64,000 bases of DNA from an uncultured Synergistaceae bacterium (GTDB taxonomy: Bacteria > Synergistota > Synergistia > Synergistales > 79-D21), in contig CAZFSR010000007.1 of NCBI GenBank assembly GCA_964521575.1, positions 42,086-106,085 on the forward strand, given 5' to 3'. Positions 48,104-56,574 of the stretch are shown here, one piece after another. The notes under the pieces were generated by a model. The model saw only the letters and a list, made by a program, of their open reading frames with translations. It had not been told where the DNA came from and did not search any database. The position numbers and the translations under genes are program-made. Each line of letters starts with the position of its first letter. Positions within the stretch are counted from its first letter, which is position 1.

Positions 48104-49023
48104 TCCGGTCCCTCTGTTCCCATCTTTTCCAGGAGCTTGAGCTCAAGGACCTGTTGAGGGTCAAAATCTGCGACTTGCAGGTAATAGGCCGCGCTTTCAA
48201 GGAGGGCCCGAGCCGGGATCATGCCATAGATTTCCGTTTCGGCGACTTCGACCCCCCAGCGTCGAGCTTCGAAACGGACCATTTCGAGAACGCGATAGAG
48301 GGCATTCTTTTCGTAATCCACGATGTTCATGCTAACCTGGACCAGGCCCCGGTCCTCAAGGGCCACGCCGATTCCCTTCACCGCGCACAGCCCGCCGCTC
48401 GAAGCCCTGACGGCCGTGGCTATCCGTTTGGCCACCGACAGGTCCTGCGTCCTGAGGTTGACGTTGAAGGCAACGAGGAATTTCCGTGCGCCGATCACGG
48501 TCGCGCCTGCGGTCGGGTGAAGAGCGGCCCCTCCCACGTCAGGAACCCGTCCAGGTTGAGTCACCTCTGTCTTCAGCGTTTCGTACTGCCCTTTCCGTAT
48601 GACTTCAAGGCGGCTTCGTTCCGGCCTCAAGGCCGATTCCTCGTAAAAATAGACGGGGATCCCCGTGTGTTCGTTGAAACGTTTTCCGAAATCATGGGAA
48701 AACGTGACGCACTCTTCCATCGTCATCCCCTGTACGGGAGTGAAGGGGACCACGTCGATGGCCCCGATGCGGGGATGAGCCCCCTCATGACGGTTCATAT
48801 CGATGTGCCGAACCGCGATTTCGGCGGCCTCTAGAATGGATTCCGCCAGAGGTTCCGGTTCCCCGACCAGGCTGACGACCAGCCTGTTGTGGTCCGGGTC
48901 GGCCCGGTAGTCGAAAAGGGTGCACCCGGGCCGGTTGCGGAAAGGCTCCACGATGGCCTCGATGACCTCGGTTCTCCTCCCCTCGCTGAAATTGGGGACA
49001 CACTCCAACAGTGTTTTGCCCAT
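48100..49023 (-). CDS. glutamate formimidoyltransferase
   Basis: N-terminal ECVPNFSEGRR signature. 307 aa. Lies between hutU and hutI. Confidence 0.92.
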   Translation of the reverse strand: MGKTLLECVPNFSEGRRTEVIEAIVEPFRNRPGCTLFDYRADPDHNRLVVSLVGEPEPLAESILEAAEIAVRHIDMNRHEGAHPRIGAIDVVPFTPVQGMTMEECVTFSHDFGKRFNEHTGIPVYFYEESALRPERSRLEVIRKGQYETLKTEVTQPGRVPDVGGAALHPTAGATVIGARKFLVAFNVNLRTQDLSVAKRIATAVRASSGGLCAVKGIGVALEDRGLVQVSMNIVDYEKNALYRVLEMVRFEARRWGVEVAETEIYGMIPARALLESAAYYLQVADFDPQQVLELKLLEKMGTEGPE

Positions 49024-49029
49024 CCCGCG

Positions 49030-51075
49030 TCAATCCTCCTTTCTTGAAAGGCCTTTCAAAGCCGTTTCCACCGTTTCCCTAACGAGGGTCTCGTCGGGAA
49101 TGAACGGCAGGGTGATGTGGTCGGTTTCCTTGTGCTTGTGATTGTACTCCATGCTCGTGGTCAGGGCGTTCTCGTTTCTTGCCCATGCCCTCCGAGCCAC
49201 TCCCCCCATGACGTCCCAGGCCAGGGAAAGTTCAATCGCCCGGTCCGCCTTCTCGCTTCCGTCAAGGACCAGTCCGAATCCTCCGTTGATGGCTTTCCCG
49301 ATCCCCACTCCCCCGCCATTGTGCAGGGCCACGAGGCTCATCCCGCGGGCGGCGTTGCCGGCGAAGCAGTGCGTGGCCATGTCAGCCATGATGGCGCTCC
49401 CGTCCTTGATGTTGGCGGTTTCACGGAAGGGGGAATCCGTACCCGACACGTCATGGTGGTCGCGCCCCATCATCACAGGGCCAATCTCCCCGCGCCGCAC
49501 CATCTCGTTGAACCGCCTGGCGATCCGCATCCGTCCCTCGGCATCCTGGTACAGGATGCGGGCCTGGGTTCCCACCACCAGGGCGTTCTTTTCCGCGTCC
49601 CGGATCCAGATCCAGTTGTCGCGGTCCTGCCCACGCCGGTTCGGGTCAATGCATTCCATGGCCGCACGGTCCGTCTTGACGAGGTCCTCGTGCCTGCCGC
49701 TCAGGCAGACCCAGCGGAAAGGCCCGTAGCCGTAGTCGAAAAGCATCGGCCCCATGATGTCCTCTACGTACGAGGGGAAAATGAACCCGTCGAGTTCATC
49801 ACGGCCGTTTTTCGCGATCTCCTTCACTCCCGCATCGAAGACGGCCTTCATGAAGGAGTTCCCGTAGTCGAAGAAATAGGTTCCCCTTTCCACAAGCGTC
49901 TTGATCATGGAAAAATGCTTCCGGAGGCTTTCATCGACTCTCCGGCGGAATCCCGCCCGGTCCTTTGCCAGCATTTCCGTCCGCTCTTCGAAGGTGAGCC
50001 CTTGCGGGCAATAGCCGCCATCGTAAGGTGCGTGACAGGAAGTCTGGTCCGAAAGAAGTTCGATCTTCTTTTCGTGGTCTACGGCGTATTCCAGGAGGTC
50101 CACGATGTTTCCGTGGTAGGCTATGGAGAGAGGCCGTCGGTCTTTCATCGCCTCCTCGGCCCAGTTGAAGGCCTCCCCCATGCTCGACGTGACGCGCGAC
50201 ACCCAGCCCTGGCGATGCCGGGTTTCGATCCTGGAGGCATCCACTTCGGCGAAGATACCCACGCCCCTGGCGATCTCGACGGCTTTCGGCTGGGCTCCGC
50301 TCATGCCGCCGAGGCCGGAAGAGATGAACATGCGTCCGGCAAGGTCCTCGTTCGGCCCCAGCCCCAGTTTCAGGCGCCCCGCGTTCAGGAGCGTATTGAA
50401 AGTTCCGTGAACGATCCCCTGGGGGCCAATGTACATCCAGCCTCCGGCGGTCATCTGGCCGTAGTTGGACACCCCCAGCTGCATCGCCCGGTGCCATTCT
50501 TCCTGGTTGTCGAACATCCCGACCATGAGTCCATTCGTGATGATGACGCGGGGACTTTCTGGCCTGGAACGGAAAAGGCCCAGCGGGTGTCCGGATTCCA
50601 CCACCAGGGTCTGGTCCGAGGTCATGACCTGCAGATATTTCATGATCAGGCGGTATTGCATCCAGTTCTGGCAAACCTGGCCCGTTTCCCCGTAGGTGAC
50701 CAGCTCATACGGGTAAAGGGCGACTTCGAAGTCCAGGTTGTTGTCGATCATCACCTGGAAGGCTTTTCCTTCCACCGTTTTCCCTTCGTACTCGTCGATC
50801 GGCCTTCCGCGCAGCCGCCCTTCAGGCCGGAAACGGTATCCGTATATGCGACCTCGGGAAACGAGTTCTTCCATGAACTCGGGTGCGAGTTCCCTATGCC
50901 ATTCCTCCGGGATGTAGCGAAGCGCGTTTTTCAACGCAAGCTCAGTCTCGGACCGGTTCAAGGTAAACCCCCTGTCCGGCGCGCGCCGGATCCCGGGTTC
51001 GAAACGAGGGGCGGGCGGAAGGGGACCGTCCAGCTTGATCGTCATGGTTTTGCCGATTTCGCTGTTCATGATCAT
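49030..51075 (-). CDS. hutU: urocanate hydratase (long form)
   Basis: Urocanase motifs (TYGETGQVCQNW, GGMSGAQPKA, HNGGGVGIG). Start set at ATG 51075, 9 nt after GGGAGGTG. The ORF-track GTG 51087 lies inside that RBS. Confidence 0.94.
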   Translation of the reverse strand: MIMNSEIGKTMTIKLDGPLPPAPRFEPGIRRAPDRGFTLNRSETELALKNALRYIPEEWHRELAPEFMEELVSRGRIYGYRFRPEGRLRGRPIDEYEGKTVEGKAFQVMIDNNLDFEVALYPYELVTYGETGQVCQNWMQYRLIMKYLQVMTSDQTLVVESGHPLGLFRSRPESPRVIITNGLMVGMFDNQEEWHRAMQLGVSNYGQMTAGGWMYIGPQGIVHGTFNTLLNAGRLKLGLGPNEDLAGRMFISSGLGGMSGAQPKAVEIARGVGIFAEVDASRIETRHRQGWVSRVTSSMGEAFNWAEEAMKDRRPLSIAYHGNIVDLLEYAVDHEKKIELLSDQTSCHAPYDGGYCPQGLTFEERTEMLAKDRAGFRRRVDESLRKHFSMIKTLVERGTYFFDYGNSFMKAVFDAGVKEIAKNGRDELDGFIFPSYVEDIMGPMLFDYGYGPFRWVCLSGRHEDLVKTDRAAMECIDPNRRGQDRDNWIWIRDAEKNALVVGTQARILYQDAEGRMRIARRFNEMVRRGEIGPVMMGRDHHDVSGTDSPFRETANIKDGSAIMADMATHCFAGNAARGMSLVALHNGGGVGIGKAINGGFGLVLDGSEKADRAIELSLAWDVMGGVARRAWARNENALTTSMEYNHKHKETDHITLPFIPDETLVRETVETALKGLSRKED

Positions 51076-51094
51076 GATCGTTTGCACCTCCCAA

Positions 51095-51153
51095 GGGAAC
51101 CGTCAGGTTCCCCCTAGTGAAGGAGGGGTGTGCAGACACTCGGCACACCCCTC
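51095..51153 (-). promoter_or_regulatory. two stable stem-loops in the hutU 5' leader / intra-operon spacer
   Basis: GGGAACC-GTCA-GGTTCCC (51095-51112, 7 bp) abuts the hutU RBS. GAGGGGTGTGC-9 nt-GCACACCCCTC (51123-51153) is a perfect 11-bp stem. Both fold equally in the - strand transcript. Confidence 0.5.
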
Positions 51154-51169
51154 GTCTTTTCGGAACCCC

Positions 51170-51466
51170 CTAGGGGCGGATCAGTTCGGGGTCGTCCACC
51201 ACTCCGAAACGCCGGAAGAGGCCGTTCTTAACGACCTGGACCTGAACCGGCTTCACGACCTCGCCGATATGCGTGAAGCCCTTGATGATCCCGGTCAGAC
51301 CGTCAAAATCAGTCGTCTTGGAAATCGCCATGCGGATGGCGGTCGGGTTCGACACGGTCTTGGTCTTTCGCATTGCCTCGATGATGATCATGAACCCGTC
51401 GTAGGCGGACGCTCCCACCATGTCCGGTTCAATCTTGAAGCGCCTGCGGTATTCCGATCTCCTGCC
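51170..51466 (-). pseudogene. 3' remnant of a LivJ/Peripla_BP_6-type amino-acid ABC transporter substrate-binding protein gene
   Basis: 98 codons are open from the base after the hutH stop. The product, GRRSEYRRRFKIEPDMVGASAYDGFMIIIEAMRK...DFDGLTGIIKGF...VQVQVVKNGLF, matches only the C-terminal quarter of such binding proteins. There is no signal peptide or N-terminal lobe. Confidence 0.7.
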
Positions 51467-52999
51467 TCAGCCGAGGTTCCCTATCGCGCTCTCGACCTCT
51501 GCCACAAGTTCTCCTGAATGCGTGATCTTGTGAACCGACCGGATAAGGGGCTCCATGAGGGCATCCTTTTCGTAGAAGGGGACGACCCGGCGGACACTGG
51601 AGTAGGCCGCTTCCGTTCCTTTTCCCGGCCTCAGCGGGAGGCTGAAATCGAGCCCTTGGGCGGCCGTCAGGATTTCGATGGCAAGGACATTGAACGCGTT
51701 TTCCAGGATCGTGCGCGCTTTTCTAGCCGCGTGGGCTCCCATGGATACGTGATCCTCCTGGCATGCCGACGTTGTGATTGAATCAACCGATGCCGGGTGG
51801 GCCAGGACCTTGTTCTCCGAGACGAGTGCGGCGCAGGTGTACTGCGGGATCATGAAGCCGCTGTTCAAGCCGCTTTCCCTCACCAGGAAGGGCGGCAGGC
51901 CGGATAGCTTGTGGTCCACGAGCCGGGCAACCCTTCTTTCCGAGATGTCGGCCAGCTCAGCCAACGCGATTCCGAAGAAATCCATCGCAAGGGCAATAGG
52001 CTGGCCATGGAAATTGCCTCCGCTGATGGCGACTCCGTCTGCCGGGAATATGATCGGGTTGTCCGTCACGGAATTGATCTCGAGGTCGATCTTCCCGCGG
52101 ACGTAATCCAGGGCGTCTCGGCTTGCCCCGTGAACCTGCGGAACGCAGCGCAAAGAATAGGCGTCCTGCACGCGGTTCCCCTTGAAGGTTTCGATGATTT
52201 CGCTTCCTTCGATCAGGGCACGGATGTTCTCGGCCACCAGTTTCTGGCCGGTGTGCGGCCGTAGGGCGTGGGTTCTCGGGTCAAAAGCGTAGGGGACTCC
52301 GTGAAGGGCCTCCAGCGAGAGAGCTGCGGCAATGTCCGCCACCTTTGCGAGGATTGACGCGTCATGCACGCACAACGCTGCCAGGCCGGCCATAAAGGCT
52401 GTCCCGTTGTTGAGGGCCAGCCCTTCCTTGGGTTTAAGGGATACGGGCTTCAGGCCGGTTTCCTGCAGGGCCATGGCAGTGGGCATTCGGCGTCCGCCGA
52501 AAAAGACCTCCCCTTCACCCAGCAGGGTGATCGCCAAATGGGACAGGGGGCAGAGGTCACCGCTGGCCCCGACGGACCCTTGACTGGGGATGACCGGGTG
52601 GATTCCGAGGTTAAGGTAATTAACGAGTTGGGAAAGAGTTTCCAGGCTGATTCCCGAAAATCCTCGAGTGAGGGTGTTGATCCTTAAAAGCATGATCGCC
52701 CTCACCGCATCTTCAGGCAACGCTTCACCCACCCCGCAGGCATGGCTCAGGAGGAGGTTTTTCTGCAGCAATTCACTTTGTTCGGGTGGAATCGAGACAG
52801 AGGCCAGGTCTCCAAAGCCGGTCGTGATGCCATAGATCACCTTCCCGTCCCGTGCCCACTCCCTGACAATGCGTCCACCCCTTTCCACGAACGTTACTGC
52901 TGCGGGATCGAGGGCGACTCCGTATCCCTCCCTTGCAACCCTGACTACGTCTTCCAGCGAGAGGGAATGTCCGTTCAGTGCGATGACTTTTCCGTCCAA
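51467..52999 (-). CDS. hutH: histidine ammonia-lyase
   Basis: MIO-forming GASGDL motif (SQGSVGASGDLCPLSH). 510 aa. TTG start at 52999, 7 nt after GGAGGGG. Confidence 0.95.
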   Translation of the reverse strand: MDGKVIALNGHSLSLEDVVRVAREGYGVALDPAAVTFVERGGRIVREWARDGKVIYGITTGFGDLASVSIPPEQSELLQKNLLLSHACGVGEALPEDAVRAIMLLRINTLTRGFSGISLETLSQLVNYLNLGIHPVIPSQGSVGASGDLCPLSHLAITLLGEGEVFFGGRRMPTAMALQETGLKPVSLKPKEGLALNNGTAFMAGLAALCVHDASILAKVADIAAALSLEALHGVPYAFDPRTHALRPHTGQKLVAENIRALIEGSEIIETFKGNRVQDAYSLRCVPQVHGASRDALDYVRGKIDLEINSVTDNPIIFPADGVAISGGNFHGQPIALAMDFFGIALAELADISERRVARLVDHKLSGLPPFLVRESGLNSGFMIPQYTCAALVSENKVLAHPASVDSITTSACQEDHVSMGAHAARKARTILENAFNVLAIEILTAAQGLDFSLPLRPGKGTEAAYSSVRRVVPFYEKDALMEPLIRSVHKITHSGELVAEVESAIGNLG

Positions 53000-53035
53000 G
53001 ATGGCCCCTCCTTCCGCAGATTCCCTTTCGGGTCC

Positions 53036-54052
53036 CTATTGATCCACGATGAATCCGTTGGCTTGGCCGCAATAACGGCACTTTCCGTATGGATCTAATT
53101 CATTATTCACAATATTATATCCTTCACGCACGACTATGTCACGTCCGCAATGTCGACATCGCGTTGTTCCCGGAGACGGGACATTCCCGAGGTAAACATA
53201 GGGCATCCTCCTGGAAGCGATTTCCCGGTACTCTTCCATTAAGTGGAGCGGTGTGGCGGGTTCGGTCCATCTCCAATGCGGGAAATACCGCGAGAGATGG
53301 AGGGGGATGTTTTCGTCGATTTCTCGAATCCACTCGATCATTTCCTCGAATGACCGTTTTTCGAGGTTGATACCCGGAACAAGCAGGTGCGTGAGCTCGA
53401 CATGGACTCTTGCCTTCTTCAAGGCCTGGATGGTTTCCAGGACGGGTTTGAGAAAGCCGCCGAGTTTCCTGTAGCCTTCTTCCGAAAAAGCCTTGAGGTC
53501 GACGTTGGCGGCTGAGATGAAAGGAAGGAGTTCCATCAGCGGCCCTGAATTGATGGTCCCGTTCGTGACCAGAACGACGTCAAGCCCTTCCCGGCGAAGG
53601 AGGGGCGCCGCGTCGAAGAGGAATTCGAACCAGACGAGTGGCTCGTTGTAGGTGAACGCCACTCCCCTGCTTCCCATTCCTTTCGCCGCCTGGACCAGGG
53701 CTTGGGGCGTGATGTGCTGCAACACGACCGAGGGATCCCAGCGGGCAAGCTCCCAGTTCTGGCAGAAGGGGCAACGAAGATTGCAACCGACCGTTCCAAC
53801 GGAAAGGATTTCGGTTCCCGGGTGCCAGTGGTATAGAGGCTTCTTTTCCACAGGATCGAGGTGAACGCTGGATGCCAATCCGTCGTTCAACGCGAAGAGC
53901 GCCTGCCCGTCCGGATCGGCTTGCCGGACCCCGCAAAGCCCTTTCTGCCCGGGTTTCAGTAAGCAACGATGCGGGCAGAGTTCACACCGAATACTCCCGT
54001 TCTCCCGATGCCACCAGTGAGCCTGCCTTCTTCCTTTCCCGGAAAAGTTCAT
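53036..54052 (-). CDS. AmmeMemoRadiSam-system radical SAM enzyme (PflA-like activase family)
   Basis: Cluster motif GCNLRCPFCQNW, an N-terminal Cys-rich stretch (CELCPHRC...GLCGVR), and a C-terminal CRHCG...CRYCG. ATG 54052 forms an ATGA overlap with the AMMECR1-fusion stop. Confidence 0.82.
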   Translation of the reverse strand: MNFSGKGRRQAHWWHRENGSIRCELCPHRCLLKPGQKGLCGVRQADPDGQALFALNDGLASSVHLDPVEKKPLYHWHPGTEILSVGTVGCNLRCPFCQNWELARWDPSVVLQHITPQALVQAAKGMGSRGVAFTYNEPLVWFEFLFDAAPLLRREGLDVVLVTNGTINSGPLMELLPFISAANVDLKAFSEEGYRKLGGFLKPVLETIQALKKARVHVELTHLLVPGINLEKRSFEEMIEWIREIDENIPLHLSRYFPHWRWTEPATPLHLMEEYREIASRRMPYVYLGNVPSPGTTRCRHCGRDIVVREGYNIVNNELDPYGKCRYCGQANGFIVDQ

Positions 54053-55395
54053 TTGTCGTCGCGCTCCCGGTGCCTCTCCACCGTGAATCGCCACAGGTCG
54101 GCCCCTTCGGGGCCGGCCAAACCCGCTTTTCTCGAGGCGATGAACAGCTGCTCCTCAACGGTATCGACTCCCTCGAGGTCGGGGAGAAGGACTCCCCGCC
54201 GTTCTCCCTTTTCGACGATGACCCCGTAGCGTTTCGGGTCAAGGCATTGGGGGCCCTGGACCTTTTCGGGAGTCCCGAGGACATCGACCGAGACCTTGAT
54301 GTTGTCCAGTTCCCCGGCGGTAACCGGTTCGAAGCGGGGATCCCTTGTGGCGCTTGAAATGGCGTTACGGATGATCTCCTCTCCCAGGCAGGAACACGTC
54401 GGCTCGAGAGTGCCGATGCATCCGCGCAGAGAACCGTCGGAGCGGTTTTTGAGGGAAACAAAACAGGCCTTTTTTTCTTTCCAGACGAGGGTACCAGGGA
54501 AAAGAGCCTCTGCCTGGTCCAGAGGGAACGGGCCGCCTGTTTCCAGGAAGTGCCGTATGGATTCGCGGGCTAGGCCGGGAAGGTCGGTTCCCGGGGCTTC
54601 GGCGGCAGATTCTTCTCCGCCGTTCCAATATGCAGTCCCGTATCCGACCCCGAAAGGGGCTTCATAGGACAGCACCTCGATCTTACCGCTTCCGGCCAAA
54701 CCAAGGAGAGCGAGGGCCGATCGAAGCCCGCATTCCCCTGCCCTGTCGATAAAGGCGGGATCCAATTCAAGCAGGGTTTTCGGATCGCTCCGGGCCAAGG
54801 CATCCATGACAAAAGCGTCGAAACGCCTGCCGTCCGGGTGAAAACCGGCAGGCGCACCCGGTGTTACCCGGTGGGAAAGGTCTCCGCTGGCCAGAAGAGC
54901 CCACTTGCGGGAGTCCTTGAAGCTAGAGAGCAACCTACCGAGACGGTATGCGTTTTTCACGCCAAGGCCGATCGGATTGGCTAGGACAAGAGGTGGCAGT
55001 TGTCCCCAGGCCCCCGATAACCAGCAAAGGGGAACGACCGAGGCATGGTCGAGCATAAAGCTTTCTGTTGTCCAACTGCGGACTGGAATCGCGGTGGAGA
55101 GAAAACCGGATAATGCCCGAAAAGCCTCACGGTCTCCGGGCGCTTCAAAAAGAGTCCCGCCGACCCCGAATTGCTGGAGGCCTCCCTCGAACCTTCCCGC
55201 ATCGATAAACATCAGGTTGTCTCCGAAGGGTGCGTGGGGGCTGAGCACAAGCAGGACATCGGGCCGCACCGTCCTGGCATGTTCCGCCAGGGCGTTCATT
55301 CCTCGGATCGTTTCGGAAGCTTCCTGTTCCCTTCCCCGGCCAACGGCCGGGACGATAATGGGCGGATGTGGAGCCAGACAACCCCAAAGCCACAT
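54049..55395 (-). CDS. fusion protein: N-terminal LigB/Memo-superfamily (class III extradiol dioxygenase-like) domain plus C-terminal AMMECR1 domain
   Basis: The C-terminal ~190 aa is AMMECR1 (ACFVSLKNRSDGSLRGCIGTLEP...RDPRFEPV...YGVIVEKGERRGVLLPDL). The N-terminal ~260 aa carries His-containing APHPP, SPHAP and SGDLSH motifs like LigB/Memo folds. Start proposed at ATG 55395 (GAAGGGGGG RBS); ORF-track GTG is at 55419. Confidence 0.8.
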   Translation of the reverse strand: MWLWGCLAPHPPIIVPAVGRGREQEASETIRGMNALAEHARTVRPDVLLVLSPHAPFGDNLMFIDAGRFEGGLQQFGVGGTLFEAPGDREAFRALSGFLSTAIPVRSWTTESFMLDHASVVPLCWLSGAWGQLPPLVLANPIGLGVKNAYRLGRLLSSFKDSRKWALLASGDLSHRVTPGAPAGFHPDGRRFDAFVMDALARSDPKTLLELDPAFIDRAGECGLRSALALLGLAGSGKIEVLSYEAPFGVGYGTAYWNGGEESAAEAPGTDLPGLARESIRHFLETGGPFPLDQAEALFPGTLVWKEKKACFVSLKNRSDGSLRGCIGTLEPTCSCLGEEIIRNAISSATRDPRFEPVTAGELDNIKVSVDVLGTPEKVQGPQCLDPKRYGVIVEKGERRGVLLPDLEGVDTVEEQLFIASRKAGLAGPEGADLWRFTVERHRERDDK

Positions 55396-55420
55396 GTCGA
55401 TCCCCCCTTCTCTCAGCACA

Positions 55421-55449
55421 AATATACCCCAACATTGACGTTTTGTTGA
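55421..55449 (-). promoter_or_regulatory. promoter candidate for the AMMECR1-fusion/radical-SAM pair (TCAACA-17 nt-TATATT)
   Basis: On the - strand, TCAACA is at 55449-55444, the spacer is 17 nt, and TATATT is at 55426-55421. It lies in the 80-nt gap after the queA stop. Sequence match only. Confidence 0.4.
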
Positions 55450-55475
55450 GAATTCCGGGGTGGAAGGGAGAAAGA

Positions 55476-56552
55476 CTAAGCGATGAACATCGCATCACCG
55501 AAGGAAAAGAACCGGTAGCGTTCCTTGACCGCCGTTCTGTAGGCCTGCATCATCGGCTCGTAGCCTGCTAAAGCACAAACGAGCATCAGCAGGCTGCTTT
55601 TGGGAAGGTGGAAGTTCGTGACGAGGGCGTCGACCATTTTGAACCGGTAGCCGGGGTAGATGAACAGGGCTGTCCGGTTGATGCCCGGAAGGCATGTCCC
55701 CTCTGGCGAGGCGGCCTCAAGGGCCCTGACGACGGTTGTCCCCACTGCAACGATTCGCCTTCCCTCTTGCCTGGCGATGTTAACCCGCGAAGCGGTTTCC
55801 GTGGGGATTTCGAAGAATTCCTCGTGCATCGGGTGCCTGCGGATATCGGTCTCCTTGACCGGGCGGAAGGTCCCGATTCCGACGTGGAGGGTCAGTCGCC
55901 TCGTCTCGATGCCCATCGAAAGGATTCTTTCGAGAAGTTCCTCGGTGAAATGAAGACCGGCGGTTGGCGCGGCTACGGCTCCCTCCGTGCTGGCATAGAC
56001 CGTTTGGTACCTTTCCGGGTCGATTCCGTCGTTTTGGATGTACGGGGGAAGAGGAACCTGCCCGGCTTTTTCGATGAATTCGTGCACATCGACCTGTTCC
56101 GGAAAGGAGATCCTCCTCAGGCCTTCGGGGAGTCTTTCCCCGACATCGACGCGCGTTCCGCCATCCAACTCGACGGACGTACCGGGGGGAAGGCGTCTTC
56201 CGGGCCTGACAAGGGCTTCCCATTCCCTCCAACTTGGATCGGTTGACCGTAGAAGGAAGATTTCGCAGCGAGCATTCCCGTTCGCCTTTTTTCCGTAAAG
56301 GCGGGCTGGAATAACCCTCGCATCGTTCAGGACGAGCAGGTCGTTCGGCAGAAGATAATCGACCAGGTCACGGAAGGCCCGATGCTCCAAAGGGCCTCCG
56401 GCACGCTTGAGGACGAGGAGCCGGGAAGAATCTCGCGGCTGCGCGGGGGTCTGGGCGATCTGCTCCTGGGGCAGATCGTAATCGTAGGAATCGGTCTTGA
56501 GCAGGTCGAAAGAAGAAACCTGGCGGGTTGACCCAGTGTCTTCCATTTTCAT
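55476..56552 (-). CDS. queA: tRNA preQ1(34) S-adenosylmethionine ribosyltransferase-isomerase QueA
   Basis: YDYDLPQEQIAQTPAQPRDSSRLLVL, PLPPYI, GTTVVRALE. Start at ATG 56552 or 56546; the longer ORF to 56798 overlaps spoIID. Confidence 0.93.
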   Translation of the reverse strand: MKMEDTGSTRQVSSFDLLKTDSYDYDLPQEQIAQTPAQPRDSSRLLVLKRAGGPLEHRAFRDLVDYLLPNDLLVLNDARVIPARLYGKKANGNARCEIFLLRSTDPSWREWEALVRPGRRLPPGTSVELDGGTRVDVGERLPEGLRRISFPEQVDVHEFIEKAGQVPLPPYIQNDGIDPERYQTVYASTEGAVAAPTAGLHFTEELLERILSMGIETRRLTLHVGIGTFRPVKETDIRRHPMHEEFFEIPTETASRVNIARQEGRRIVAVGTTVVRALEAASPEGTCLPGINRTALFIYPGYRFKMVDALVTNFHLPKSSLLMLVCALAGYEPMMQAYRTAVKERYRFFSFGDAMFIA

Positions 56553-56574
56553 GAGAGAAATCTGACCGCCGAGC

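Noticed and set aside
49117-51117. A 666-aa ORF on the + strand covering the whole of hutU in antisense.
   Set aside because: It is in the exact codon-on-codon antisense frame of hutU. In that frame, stops arise only from the rare sense codons TTA, CTA and TCA, so long open frames are expected in GC-rich genes. The product is low-complexity (His/Pro/Arg/Gly-rich) with no recognisable motif and no RBS, whereas the hutU strand has unambiguous urocanase motifs.
51076-51169. HutP-type antiterminator site (spaced UAG triplets) in the hutU leader.
   Set aside because: Only two UAG triplets are present in the - strand RNA, ~60 nt apart rather than in the 4-nt-spaced triplet array. No hutP-like gene is in the window.
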